Origin: Vulcanimicrobiota bacterium
GTDB taxonomy: Bacteria; Vulcanimicrobiota; Vulcanimicrobiia; Vulcanimicrobiales; Vulcanimicrobiaceae
DNA length: 64,000 nucleotides
NCBI GenBank assembly: GCA_963795855.1
Contig: CAWCIZ010000003.1
Location: 32,001-96,000, forward strand
Direction: 5' to 3'
The notes under the pieces are model-generated. The model saw only the letters and a list, made by a program, of their open reading frames with translations. It made no database searches and had not been told where the DNA came from. How positions within the stretch are numbered: position 1 is the first letter of the stretch; each line of letters begins with the position of its first letter. Positions 28,349 to 40,275 of this stretch are shown one piece after another. A program made the translations under genes and the position numbers.

Positions 28349-31207
28349 ATGCTCGCATTCCTGCTTTCTGCCGCTCTTTTGACACAGGCCGCGCCCGGCG
28401 CATTGCACTGGCGCAACATCGGGCCGTTCCGCGCGGGACGCACCGTCGCCGTCAGCGGCGTGCCGCAGCAACCGGGGACCTATTACATGGCTCCGACGGA
28501 CGGCGGCGTGTGGAAGAGCACCGATTACGCGCGCACGTGGAAACCGATTTTCGATGGTCAAGACACCGGCTCGGTCGGCGCGCTCGCGGTTGCGCCGAGC
28601 GATCCCAACGTCATCTACGTCGGTTCGGGCGAAGGCCTGCGCAGACCCGATTTGTCGATCGGCGACGGCGTGTACAAGTCCACCGACGCCGGAAAAACGT
28701 GGCGGCATTTGGGTTTGCGTGACGGACAGCAAATCAACGGACTCGCCGTCGATCCGCGCGATCCGAACAGAGTATTCGCGGCAGTGATGGGTCATCCGTA
28801 CGGTTCGAACGCGCAGCGCGGCCTGTATCGCAGCACCGACGGCGGCGCTAGTTGGACGTGCGTGCTCTGCAAGAACGACGGCAACACCGGCGCCGCAACC
28901 GTCGTCATCGATCCGAAGAATCCGCAGATCGTCTACGCCGACCTGTGGGCGTCGCGCAATCCGCCGTGGCGGCTCGGGGACGAACTGCAATTGTGGCAAG
29001 ACGGCGGCGTCTATAAATCCACCGACGGGGGCACTACGTGGTCGCAATTGCACGGCGGTCTGCCGAGCAAATTGGGCCGCGTCGGCATCGCGGTTTCGCC
29101 GAGCGATGATTCGCGCGTGTACGCTTGGGTGAATACCAGCACCGGCTGCGGCATCTATCGTTCCGCCGACGCCGGCGCGACGTGGGTCAAGACGAACGGC
29201 GAAGATCGCATCTGCGGCCGCGGCGACGATTTTTCGGGCATCGCGGTCGATCCGACGGATCCCGCGATCGTGTACGTCGCGAACACGACGATGTACCGCT
29301 CGACGAACGCGGGCGCGTCATGGACCGGGATAAAAGGCGCGCCGGGCGGCGACGACTATCATACGATTTGGATCGATCCCGGCAATCGCAACGTCATTCT
29401 GCTCGGCGTCGATCAAGGCGCGACGCTTTCGGTAAACTATGGGCAGACCTGGAGCTCGTGGTACAACCAGCCGACGGCGCAGTTTTATCACGTGATTACC
29501 GATAACCGCTTTCCGTATTGGGTATTCGGCGGACAGCAGGAAAGCGGCAGCGCCGAGGTTGCGAGCCGCAGCGACGACGGGGAGATCTGGATCCGGTACT
29601 GGCATCCCGTCGGCGCCGAAGAATACGCGTACATCGCGCCGGATCCGCTGCATCCGACAATCATTTTCGGCGCGGGCGCCGGCCACGTCACGCGATACGA
29701 CGAGCGCACGCAGCAGTCGCAAACCGTATCACCGGTATTCGGCGGCCGCTTCGACGCGCAAGGCTACCGGTATAACCGCACGAATCCGCTCATCTTCAAC
29801 CGCGTCGACAAGCGTACGCTGTACTTAGGATCGAGTGTCATCTTCGCAACGACCGACGGCGGCCGCAATTGGCGCACGATCAGTCCGGACCTCACGCGCA
29901 AACATCCGGGCGTGCCCGCGAATCTCGGGGCGTTCCGAAGCTCGCCGCTGGCGAAGGAAGAACGCGGCGTCGTCTACGCGATCGCGCCTTCGTACATCGA
30001 CGCGCGCGAAATCTGGGCAGGCACGGACGACGGCCTGGTGTGGCTGACGCGCGACGGCGGTAAGCAGTGGACCAACGTCACGCCGCCGGGCATCGGCGCT
30101 TGGAACAAAATCACGCAAATCGACGCCTCGCACTTCGACCGCGATACGGCGTACGTATCCGTGAGCCGCTGGCGTTTAGACGATCTGCACCCGTACATCT
30201 ATCGCACGCACGACGGCGGCAAGCATTGGCAACTGATTGTAAACGGACTGCCCAGCGATGCACCCGCCAACACCGTGCGCGAGGATCCGGTGCGGCGCGG
30301 TTTACTCTTTGCCGGCACGGAGCGCACGGTCTACGTTTCGTCCGACGACGGCGACCACTGGCAGTCGCTGCAACTGGATCTGCCTTCGACGTCGATTCGC
30401 GACCTCGTCATCCACGGCGACGACGTCGTGGTCGGCACGCACGGCCGTTCGTTCTGGATTCTGGACGACATCGAGCCGCTGCGCGAAGCCGGTCTCGCTA
30501 CGCCGGCGCAGAGCGCCGCGCACTTGTTCAAGCCGGCGGTCGCGTACCGGTTGCGCCGCGATACGTGGAGCGACACGCCGCTGCCGCCCGAAGAACCGGC
30601 CGGCGAGAATCCGCCCGACGGCGCGATGATCGACTATTACTTACCGCAGGACGCGCGCGGTCCGCTGACGCTTTCCATTTACGACCGCGCCGGCAATCTC
30701 GTGCGCAGGTTCAGCAGCACCGACGTCCCGAGGCCGATCGATCCGGAAATCACCGTGCCGACGTATTGGGTGCGCCCGGCGCGCATTCCGAGCGCGAGCT
30801 CCGGCCTGCATCGCTTCCTGTGGGATTATCGGTACGCGCGTCCCAAAGCCGTGGCGTACGACTATCCGATTTCGGCGATCTACCATGACACGCCGCTCGC
30901 ACCGCAAGGCGTTCTCGCCCTTCCCGGACTATACACGGTGAAATTGAGCGTGGACGGCCGCACGTACACGCAGCCGCTCACGTTGCGTATGGATCCGCGC
31001 GTGCCGGCTTCCCCATCGCAGTTGCGCGAGCAGTTCGCGCTCGCGCAAACGATTGCGGGCCTCATGGCGAAGACCGCATCGAACAAACGCCTCGCGAGAT
31101 ATAACTTCCAGTTGACGCAACTGTTCGACGCGGTCGAAGGCGCCGATGCGGCTCCGACGACCTCGATCGTGCGCGCAGTACACGACATCCAAGCGAAGCT
31201 GCGCTAG
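28349..31207 (+). CDS. VPS10/sortilin-like BNR (Asp-box) repeat protein, putative glycosyl hydrolase
   Basis: WRNIGP..GR, repeated KSTDxGxTW boxes, ISPDLT. Confidence 0.85.
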   Translation: MLAFLLSAALLTQAAPGALHWRNIGPFRAGRTVAVSGVPQQPGTYYMAPTDGGVWKSTDYARTWKPIFDGQDTGSVGALAVAPSDPNVIYVGSGEGLRRPDLSIGDGVYKSTDAGKTWRHLGLRDGQQINGLAVDPRDPNRVFAAVMGHPYGSNAQRGLYRSTDGGASWTCVLCKNDGNTGAATVVIDPKNPQIVYADLWASRNPPWRLGDELQLWQDGGVYKSTDGGTTWSQLHGGLPSKLGRVGIAVSPSDDSRVYAWVNTSTGCGIYRSADAGATWVKTNGEDRICGRGDDFSGIAVDPTDPAIVYVANTTMYRSTNAGASWTGIKGAPGGDDYHTIWIDPGNRNVILLGVDQGATLSVNYGQTWSSWYNQPTAQFYHVITDNRFPYWVFGGQQESGSAEVASRSDDGEIWIRYWHPVGAEEYAYIAPDPLHPTIIFGAGAGHVTRYDERTQQSQTVSPVFGGRFDAQGYRYNRTNPLIFNRVDKRTLYLGSSVIFATTDGGRNWRTISPDLTRKHPGVPANLGAFRSSPLAKEERGVVYAIAPSYIDAREIWAGTDDGLVWLTRDGGKQWTNVTPPGIGAWNKITQIDASHFDRDTAYVSVSRWRLDDLHPYIYRTHDGGKHWQLIVNGLPSDAPANTVREDPVRRGLLFAGTERTVYVSSDDGDHWQSLQLDLPSTSIRDLVIHGDDVVVGTHGRSFWILDDIEPLREAGLATPAQSAAHLFKPAVAYRLRRDTWSDTPLPPEEPAGENPPDGAMIDYYLPQDARGPLTLSIYDRAGNLVRRFSSTDVPRPIDPEITVPTYWVRPARIPSASSGLHRFLWDYRYARPKAVAYDYPISAIYHDTPLAPQGVLALPGLYTVKLSVDGRTYTQPLTLRMDPRVPASPSQLREQFALAQTIAGLMAKTASNKRLARYNFQLTQLFDAVEGADAAPTTSIVRAVHDIQAKLR

Positions 31208-31228
31208 CGCAGTTTCGCGCACGGCGCG

Positions 31229-32713
31229 TTATTCGATGTTTACGAGGTGCAGCGCTTGCGCCGTGTCGGCGCGCACCCTGCGGCACAACTCGGCGTCATC
31301 GGCGATCGACTGCCCGTACGAGGGGATGAGTTCTTTGAGTCCCGCACTCCAGCGCGGCATCTCGTCTTTGTAGAGCCGTGCGATGACGTCGAGCATCACC
31401 GCCACGGCAACCGATGCACCCGGGGATGCGCCGAGTACGGCCGCGAGCGATCCGTCCTTCGAGGAAACGACTTCCGTGCCGAACTGCAATTTGCCGCCCT
31501 TCTTCTCGTCGGGCATGATGACTTGCACGCGCTGCCCCGCAACGATGAACTTCCAATCGGAGGGATTTGCTTCGGGAAAATACTCGCGCAGCGCATCGTA
31601 TTTCTTGTGCTTGGACTCGAGCACTTGCCCGACCAAATACTTCGTAAGATCGAAATTGTCGCGACCGACGGCGAGCAGCGGTTTCATATTGTCGGTTTTG
31701 ATCGACGCGAACAGGTCCGCGGGCGACCCGTGCTTGAGAAATTTCGTCGAAAATCCCGCATACGGGCCGAACAACAGCGAACGCTTCCCGTCGACGAAAC
31801 GCGAATCCAAATGCGGAACGGACATCGGCGGCGCGCCGACCGACGCTTTGCCGTAGACTTTTCCGTGGTGCCGATCCACGACGCTCGGATCGTCGCAGCG
31901 CAGGAATATACCGCTGACGGGAAAGCCGGCGAAGCCTTTCCCTTCATCCACTCCGGATTTCTGCAGCAGCGTAAGCGCCCCGCCGCCGGCGCCGAGGAAC
32001 ACCGTCTTCGCCGAAAGCGTGCGCGCCGCGCCGGTCTTGCGATCGCCGACCGTAACGTTCCAGCGTCCGTCCCCAGCGCGCTGCAGATTCGTCACGCGGT
32101 GCGAATAGGCAACGCTCACGCCCGCAAGCGTCTGCAGATACGCGAGCAAGTGACGCGTCACCGCGCCGTAGTCGACGTCGGTTCCGGTCACCATTCGCGT
32201 CGCGGCAACATGCTGCGCGGGATCGCGCCCTTCCATGATCAGCGGCATCCATTGCGCGAGCACCGCATGGTCCTCGCTGTACTCCATACCTTTGAAACAA
32301 TGGTGAGCGCTCATCGCTTCATAACGCTTGCGCAAAAACGCGACGTTCTCGTCGCCCCAGACGAAGCTGATGTGCGGCACGTCGTGAATGAAGGATTCCG
32401 GCTGTCCCATTGCGCCGGCGCGCACCATATGCGCCCAGAACTGCCGCGTCAGATCGAACTGCGTATTCACCGCCAGCGCCCGCCCGATGGCGATGCTGCC
32501 GTCGGCATTTTGCGGCGTGTAGTTCAACTCGCAGAGCGCCGCGTGGCCCGTCCCGGCGTTGTTCCAAGCGTTGGAACTCTCTTCGGCCGGCGCGTCGAGC
32601 ATCTCGAAGACCTCGACGGTCATGTCCGGCTGCAGATGCTTGAGCATCGCGGCGAGCGTCGCACTCATAATGCCGCCGCCGACCAGGACGATATCGGTTC
32701 GCTTCTCAGGCAT
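31229..32713 (-). CDS. mqo: Malate:quinone oxidoreductase
   Basis: GGGIMSATL, ESSNAWNNAGTGHAALCELNYT, GAPPMSVPHLD, AGQRVQ, GASPGAS. Confidence 0.96.
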   Translation of the reverse strand: MPEKRTDIVLVGGGIMSATLAAMLKHLQPDMTVEVFEMLDAPAEESSNAWNNAGTGHAALCELNYTPQNADGSIAIGRALAVNTQFDLTRQFWAHMVRAGAMGQPESFIHDVPHISFVWGDENVAFLRKRYEAMSAHHCFKGMEYSEDHAVLAQWMPLIMEGRDPAQHVAATRMVTGTDVDYGAVTRHLLAYLQTLAGVSVAYSHRVTNLQRAGDGRWNVTVGDRKTGAARTLSAKTVFLGAGGGALTLLQKSGVDEGKGFAGFPVSGIFLRCDDPSVVDRHHGKVYGKASVGAPPMSVPHLDSRFVDGKRSLLFGPYAGFSTKFLKHGSPADLFASIKTDNMKPLLAVGRDNFDLTKYLVGQVLESKHKKYDALREYFPEANPSDWKFIVAGQRVQVIMPDEKKGGKLQFGTEVVSSKDGSLAAVLGASPGASVAVAVMLDVIARLYKDEMPRWSAGLKELIPSYGQSIADDAELCRRVRADTAQALHLVNIE

Positions 32714-32797
32714 AGGCTATTACAGTAGCGTCCCGCTGGCCCGGGGGCTAGGCCTTCTCCGACAGGCTCGCCAACTTCCGGGCCTATGCGACAGCAC

Positions 32798-33388
32798 ATG
32801 CAAACCCGGACCGAGGTCTCCCGATTCGGGGAACCGCCGGAGGGCGAGCTGCCCGACGACATCAAGGCAATCTACGAGAAGAACCGCGAGAAAATCGGCT
32901 TCGTGCCGAACGTCTTCCGGGCGTACGCGAAGCGGCCCGACCACTTCCGCGCGTTCATGACGTATCACGACGTGCTCATGAAAGGCCCCGGGAATCTCTC
33001 GCGCGCCGAACGTGAAGCGATCGTCGTTGCCGTCTCTTCTGAAAACCGCTGCCAGTACTGCATGGTCGCGCACGGCGCGGCGCTGCGCGTGCTCGGAAAA
33101 GACGCGGTGGTCGCGGAGCAAATCGGCAACAATTGGCGTACGGCCGACATCTCGCCGCGCATGCGGGCCATGCTTGCCTTCGCTTCGCACGTCAATCAGC
33201 CGGCCTTCGCGGCAACCGAGCACGAAATAGACGAGCTGCACCTCGCCGGCTTTAGCGACGCGGACATTTGGGATATTGCCGCCATCGCCGCGTTCTTCGG
33301 ATTCTCGAACCGCATGGCCGGCCTGATGGATATGCGCCCGAACGAACAGTTTTACCACATGGGCCGCGAGCAAGCGCAGGGCGAGTAA
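32798..33388 (+). CDS. AhpD/CMD-like peroxidase-related enzyme
   Basis: GFVPNVF, EREAIVVAVSSENRCQYCMVAHG, SNRMA. Confidence 0.9.
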   Translation: MQTRTEVSRFGEPPEGELPDDIKAIYEKNREKIGFVPNVFRAYAKRPDHFRAFMTYHDVLMKGPGNLSRAEREAIVVAVSSENRCQYCMVAHGAALRVLGKDAVVAEQIGNNWRTADISPRMRAMLAFASHVNQPAFAATEHEIDELHLAGFSDADIWDIAAIAAFFGFSNRMAGLMDMRPNEQFYHMGREQAQGE

Positions 33389-33426
33389 CGCGCCGCCTCC
33401 GGGTACGAGAACTACGGAGGTAAGAC

Positions 33427-33810
33427 ATGGAAATTCCGAATCGCGTACCTTGGGTGAACGTAGCCGTCGGCGTCCTGACGATTATTTCGCCCTTCGTCGC
33501 GGTGCCGAATCCGTACGGTGCCAAGTGGGACATGGTCGTTACGGGCTTCATCATCGCCGTCGTCGCAATCGTCGAAATGGCGACCTACGCCAAGACGCAG
33601 CGTATGGGCTATTGGCCGGTGATCAACATCCTCGCGGGCATTTGGCTGTTCATCTCCACGACGTTCATCGGCGGCAACATCGCCCTCGTCTGGAGCAACA
33701 TCATGCTTGGCGTACTCTCGATCGTGACTGCGCTCGTCGCGCTCTCATACGAACGCATGCACGTCGCGCACACCGTGCAGCCGCCGACCCAGACGCATCT
33801 TCGCACATAG
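33427..33810 (+). CDS. SPW-repeat membrane protein
   Basis: WVNVAVG..ISPF, WPVINILAGIWLFIS; four hydrophobic segments. Confidence 0.7.
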   Translation: MEIPNRVPWVNVAVGVLTIISPFVAVPNPYGAKWDMVVTGFIIAVVAIVEMATYAKTQRMGYWPVINILAGIWLFISTTFIGGNIALVWSNIMLGVLSIVTALVALSYERMHVAHTVQPPTQTHLRT

Positions 33811-33837
33811 CATATCGGTGCGATCCGAGGACGGCCG

Positions 33838-34368
33838 CTACTGCGGCCGTCCTACCGTGATGTCGTCGGTGATACTCTTCACGCCCGGCACGCCGCGCAC
33901 CGTCGTCACGATCGTTTGATGCACGGACGCGCTCTTCACTTCACCGCGCAGCGTAACGTTGCCGTCGTGCACGGACGGTTGAACGTCAAGCGCATTCACG
34001 CCCGTTTGTCCGGCAATTGCGGCGGAGATGCGGGCGGTCAGCGCGGCGTCACTCGCCTGGCCGCGTAACCCTTGCGCGCGCGGATTGATACCAAGCCGGT
34101 CGCGAACGGCGACGACGCCGCTTACCGACTTCGCTGCATTGTCATACTGCAGCCGCTCCTGCGCGCTGCGCGCTTGGCCGGCGAGCGTCACGACGCCGTG
34201 ACTCGCGGAGACGTGCACGCGCGTTATCGCATCGACGTCTATCGCAGCGATTTTCGCGCCCACGGCGGTCACCAGGTATGCGTCGTTTACTTGGGTGTTC
34301 GTTTGCTGCTGCTCGTGAGCGGTGCACGCGACGAGCAGCGCGAGTAAAAGGATCGACCAGAACTTCAT
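33838..34368 (-). CDS. Dual BON domain lipoprotein
   Basis: Lipobox LVAC; two GxVTLxG...GVxxV repeats. Confidence 0.88.
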   Translation of the reverse strand: MKFWSILLLALLVACTAHEQQQTNTQVNDAYLVTAVGAKIAAIDVDAITRVHVSASHGVVTLAGQARSAQERLQYDNAAKSVSGVVAVRDRLGINPRAQGLRGQASDAALTARISAAIAGQTGVNALDVQPSVHDGNVTLRGEVKSASVHQTIVTTVRGVPGVKSITDDITVGRPQ

Positions 34369-34389
34369 GACGTTGTTGTACCCGCACGC

Positions 34390-35550
34390 TCAATACGTGA
34401 TCGACGCAATCTTTTCGGCATACATCTCCGTGAACCACACTTGCGACGGGTTGCACGGCGAGCCTTTGGCGGGCGCCGCGATTGCGCCCAGCCCCGCGTT
34501 GGGTGTCGGTACGGCGAACTCTTGAATCGCGCCCGAAACGTCGATGCGCCCGATTTTATTCGCATTTGCTTCGGTGAACCACATGCCGCCGTCCGGTGCG
34601 AGCGCGATACCTGCAAGGCCGCTGTCCGGCGTGGGCACGCGGTATTCCGAAAACCGCCCGGCCGTCGTCATGCGCCAGATCGCGTTATGGCCTTCGTCGA
34701 CGAACCACATGGCGCCGTCGCGCCCTTCGATTACGACGTCGTCGCCCGGGGTCGGCGGCAGTACCGTTCCCGCAGGCAAATTGAATTGCCGCAGCACCGC
34801 GCCGCCATCACCGAATTCGTAGATCGGTCCCGCCTGCCCGGTCAGCGCGCCCCAAACGTGCCGGTCCGGCCCACTCGCGAGCGTGAGTGAAAACGCCGAC
34901 ACGGTGGCGAGGTTCGACGGCAACTGCGCCGGATAACCGAATGCGCCGCCAAGATTTCCGTTGCAGCATGACTCGCCCGCTATCCAAACGTTTCCCGCCG
35001 GGTCGGTGAGAATGGAATAAACCGCCGCACCGAGCGGCCCCTCGAGCGACGGACACATCGCCGCTATTTCGCCGCTGCCGCATTCCAAAAAATCGTCACT
35101 CAGCGGCGACCCATACGGTAAGTACGGGCTGCTCCACATCACACGCGGCGCATCGTGCGCGTCGACCGCATCGACCAAACCGCCGCCGTCCCACTGGCTG
35201 CCCACGAAATAGCCGCGCGTTTCGCCGAACCTTCCGCCGACGTACCGAAACAATCCGGGCGTGGCGCCCGAGCCGAAGCAGCATCCGACGCCGCGGCCGA
35301 AATACACGGCGCCGTCGCCGGCGATGTCGATTGCGGTCGGCCACGCGATGAATCCGTCGACTGCCGGCACTGCAAACTCGGAAATGCGTACGCTGGCCGC
35401 ACTGAACGCTGGTAATGAAGTGGTGCCGTTCGGTGCAGGCGCCGGAGCGATGGAGGGCAACGCCGCAGGTTCGATGCCCGCGCCCGGTGCGCTGCATGCA
35501 GCGAGCAAAATCGCGAACGCCGCACAGATCGCGGCGACGGAGCGACGCAT
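34390..35550 (-). CDS. Vgb (virginiamycin B lyase)-like beta-propeller lipoprotein
   Basis: Lipobox LAAC; GPDRHVW, GRDGAMWF, APDGGMWFTE..NKIGRI. Confidence 0.75.
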   Translation of the reverse strand: MRRSVAAICAAFAILLAACSAPGAGIEPAALPSIAPAPAPNGTTSLPAFSAASVRISEFAVPAVDGFIAWPTAIDIAGDGAVYFGRGVGCCFGSGATPGLFRYVGGRFGETRGYFVGSQWDGGGLVDAVDAHDAPRVMWSSPYLPYGSPLSDDFLECGSGEIAAMCPSLEGPLGAAVYSILTDPAGNVWIAGESCCNGNLGGAFGYPAQLPSNLATVSAFSLTLASGPDRHVWGALTGQAGPIYEFGDGGAVLRQFNLPAGTVLPPTPGDDVVIEGRDGAMWFVDEGHNAIWRMTTAGRFSEYRVPTPDSGLAGIALAPDGGMWFTEANANKIGRIDVSGAIQEFAVPTPNAGLGAIAAPAKGSPCNPSQVWFTEMYAEKIASITY

Positions 35551-35638
35551 GATGTCATACACGTACCCCTCTTGCGATGGGCGGAGACAGGGCCGAACGG
35601 GCAGTGCGTCGAGGCGGTTGTACGCGCCGCTGAGGAGG

Positions 35639-36874
35639 CTAGAGCAGGGAGATCGTTCTCTGCGGCGCTTTCGCCCGAGCCGCGGCGGCAAGCGCGTTCG
35701 CCGTCATCGCAATCCAGCCGGCGATGCCGAACACTGCGCCGCGAGCTATCAAGCCGAGACTTCCGTGCAGCAAACCGGTGAGGGCGAGCGCGATTGCGAT
35801 CTGAAACGCGCCGAACGCGAACCATGACAGACGCGGCTCGAGCAATTCTTCCGGACGCGTCTCGTCGTCTTCACCGCGGTACACCGTGGAAATGAGACGA
35901 ACGCCGATATGATGGAAGTGTGCGAGCACCATTTGCCCGATCCATCCGGCGAGCAGTGCGAAAATGTATGCGGGCTGCCACGGCTTTCCCGAGAAGATCG
36001 CGCCGCCGATTGCAAGCGCTGTAAGAAACCACAGCACGCTGCACGCGATGAACGCTTGCGGCGGGCGATGCCGTACCGTCGCGCGACGCAAGACGTCGAA
36101 TGCGTCGAATGCATACCCGAGCGCGGCGCACGCGAACAGCGCGCCGCCGATCCACGAGAGGACGTCGTGCCGCGAACCCAATCCCGCTGCCAGCAGCGGC
36201 ACGCCGAGTATCGCGAGCGTTCCGACCACGATGTGCATCCACCGAAAACGCGTCGCCGTACCGGATATCGGGCGCAGCGTGCGCATCGACACGCCGAATA
36301 TCAGCAGTGAAAGCCACCCGAGCGCGCCGAGCGCGGCATGCGCCGATGCAAGCGAAGCGGCCCACGAGAACGCGCGGCCCCCGAGCAAGCCTGCAAGACC
36401 GTAGCCGATGATCGCCGTCGCCAGCAAAAATAGCAGCGTGCCGCCGAACGCGCGCGCCACCGCGCGCTGCACGCGATCGCCATGCCGTGCTTGCGCGAGC
36501 GTCACGAACGCGGTAACGGCGTACACCACAATCGACGCCAGCAGCAGATCGCCGGCAGGTGCGAGCGCTCCGGCATTGCCCAGAAAGCCGTAGAGCAGCA
36601 TCCCCACGCCGATTCCGTACGCAACCAGCGACCAGCGCGCAACACCCTCGCCGCGCCACTCGACGTCCACGAAACTCTGCAGCGCGTGGAGCAGGATCGC
36701 GAGCGCGGACATCGTGACCCACCCGAGCGCGACCGTGTGAATCCACGCGAACCCGACGTATCCGTGCACCGCGGCCGACCACGCGGCCCAAAACAGCAAA
36801 AGCCACGAAAAGCCGTGCGCGAAATGCGCGTAGATCAGTGCCGCCGGTGGAATCCAATGGCGTCGCGCAAACAT
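35639..36874 (-). CDS. Multi-pass His-containing membrane protein (heme-copper oxidase subunit I/NnrS-like)
   Basis: About 12 TM segments; IHTVALGW, AHAALGALGWLSLLIFG, AGWIGQ. Confidence 0.6.
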   Translation of the reverse strand: MFARRHWIPPAALIYAHFAHGFSWLLLFWAAWSAAVHGYVGFAWIHTVALGWVTMSALAILLHALQSFVDVEWRGEGVARWSLVAYGIGVGMLLYGFLGNAGALAPAGDLLLASIVVYAVTAFVTLAQARHGDRVQRAVARAFGGTLLFLLATAIIGYGLAGLLGGRAFSWAASLASAHAALGALGWLSLLIFGVSMRTLRPISGTATRFRWMHIVVGTLAILGVPLLAAGLGSRHDVLSWIGGALFACAALGYAFDAFDVLRRATVRHRPPQAFIACSVLWFLTALAIGGAIFSGKPWQPAYIFALLAGWIGQMVLAHFHHIGVRLISTVYRGEDDETRPEELLEPRLSWFAFGAFQIAIALALTGLLHGSLGLIARGAVFGIAGWIAMTANALAAAARAKAPQRTISLL

Positions 36875-36878
36875 GAGG

Positions 36879-37853
36879 TTACGAGAGCAACTGCGTGAAG
36901 CGATCGACGTCGACGTTTCCGCCGCTGATCACGATGCCCACGCGCTTCCCGCCGAGATCGATCTTTCCGGAGAGCATTGCCGCGATGCCGGCGGCTCCGC
37001 TCGGCTCGAGCACGATCTTCAGCCGTTCGAACGCAAAGCGCATCGCGTCGCACAGTTCCGCATCGCTCACCGTGACGATCCGGCCGTGATGCGCGCGTAC
37101 CGCCGCAAAAGTCAACTCACCCGGAGCCTGCGTTTGCAAACCGTCGGCGATGGTGTGCGGAACGTCGATGTGCACGATTTCGCCGCGCTCCAGCGACTGC
37201 TGAAAATCGTTGCCGGTCTGCGGTTCGACGCCGTACATTGCGATATCGGGATCGAAGCCGTGCGCCGCTATCGAGCTGCCGGAGAGCAGCCCGCCGCCGC
37301 CGACGGGCGTTACGATCGCATCGATGCCTTCGACGTCCTCGAGCAATTCAAGCGCTGCGGTTCCGGCGCCGGCGATCACGTCGCGATCGTTGAACGGCGG
37401 CACGAGCGTCGCTCCCCGCTCGTCACACAATTTCTGCGCAATCTCCGCACGGTGCGAGCGGTGCCGATCGTAAAAAATAATTTCCGCGCCGTATCCGCGC
37501 GTTGCGGCAATCTTCGCTTTCGGCGCGTCTTCCGGCATCACGATGGCGGCCGGAACGCCCAGCAGTTTGCCGGCGAGTGCTACGCCTTGAGCGTGATTTC
37601 CGCTGGAGAACGCGACCACGCCGGCCCGGCGATGCTGCGCGTCCAGCTGCACGATACGGTTGTACGCGCCGCGGAATTTGAATGCGCCCATCCGCTGAAA
37701 GTTCTCGCATTTCAGAAAGATCTCGCACCCCGCGCGATCGTTCAACGTTTGCGACGTCAGGACGGGTGTGCGATGCACGACGCCGTCCAGCCGGCGCGCA
37801 GCCGCGCGCACGTCTTCGATGGTTACGAGTTTTTCTGCGCTCGACGTATCCAC
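36879..37853 (-). CDS. PLP-dependent threonine/serine dehydratase (serine racemase-like)
   Basis: KCENFQRMGAFKFRGA, SSGNHAQG, VGGGGLLSG, EPSGA, SGGNVD. Confidence 0.92.
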   Translation of the reverse strand: MDTSSAEKLVTIEDVRAAARRLDGVVHRTPVLTSQTLNDRAGCEIFLKCENFQRMGAFKFRGAYNRIVQLDAQHRRAGVVAFSSGNHAQGVALAGKLLGVPAAIVMPEDAPKAKIAATRGYGAEIIFYDRHRSHRAEIAQKLCDERGATLVPPFNDRDVIAGAGTAALELLEDVEGIDAIVTPVGGGGLLSGSSIAAHGFDPDIAMYGVEPQTGNDFQQSLERGEIVHIDVPHTIADGLQTQAPGELTFAAVRAHHGRIVTVSDAELCDAMRFAFERLKIVLEPSGAAGIAAMLSGKIDLGGKRVGIVISGGNVDVDRFTQLLS

Positions 37854-38190
37854 CAGTATCGAACCTTTCCGTCTTTCGCGAGCCGCATGACTTCCCGATA
37901 CGACGCTTTTTCGAATTGTACGTCGAAGCACACCGCATCCTGCGGGCACGACGCTTCGGTCGCCTGCTCGAGGCCCTGATACGCACCCTGCGCGGACAAC
38001 TCGTCGGAGAACTCTGCGACGCGCACGCGAGTCAATTCGCCTTCGATGCTCGGATCCAGATCGTTCATCACGGGAGAAAGATCGTCGGCGACCACCGCGC
38101 GCGTCATCCGGTCGGCTAGGCGTTCGTTCCCATTCGCGTGACTGCACGAAGCCAGAACGAGCGCGCAGAGCAGTACGAGCGGCGCGCGCC

Positions 38191-38194
<4 letters not shown>
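37823..38194 (-). CDS. Hypothetical lipoprotein
   Basis: Lipobox LASC; GTGA overlap with prfC. Confidence 0.65.
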
Positions 38195-39803
<1,609 letters not shown>

Positions 39804-39807
<4 letters not shown>

Positions 39808-40250
39808 TGTTTCGTCTGATAAACCCGCAGTTCGAAGCCGTTGCCCGCGCCGCGCAGGAGCGAAATGGATCCCGGTGCTTCGTAAAGCCGCGCGATGGGC
39901 GGCACGCGCAAACGATCCGCTCCCCGTGCAACCAGCACCGTGTCGCTGTCGACGTGCACGCGGCAGTCGGCGAAATCGAGCGTCGCACCGGGCCGCAGCA
40001 TCGCCGAGCCGCGCGGCAAATTTGCGAGCACGAACTGCAGCGGCCCCGTCGATTTACTCGTTTGCCTAAAGCACTCCGGAAGCACGGAAAGCGCCCAGCC
40101 CGCTTCCGCCACGAACGCGCCCTCGGAGCGTTTCGACGGCAACGGCGTTTGCGCCGCTTTCGGCGGCACGCGAACGAACACGGATTTGATGCGGATTGCC
40201 AAATTTTCGCGATTGACGTAGATGCCGGCAATCGCGAACGCCGCCACCAC
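39804..40250 (-). CDS. Hypothetical membrane-anchored protein; start uncertain
   Basis: N-terminal hydrophobic segment; overlaps the prfC start. Confidence 0.6.
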
Positions 40251-40275
40251 GACTATCGCGGAGACGGCGAAATAT

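Noticed and set aside
34390..35550. Streptogramin resistance gene vgb
   Set aside because: A secreted lipoprotein with generic Vgb-like propeller repeats; no evidence for a resistance function.
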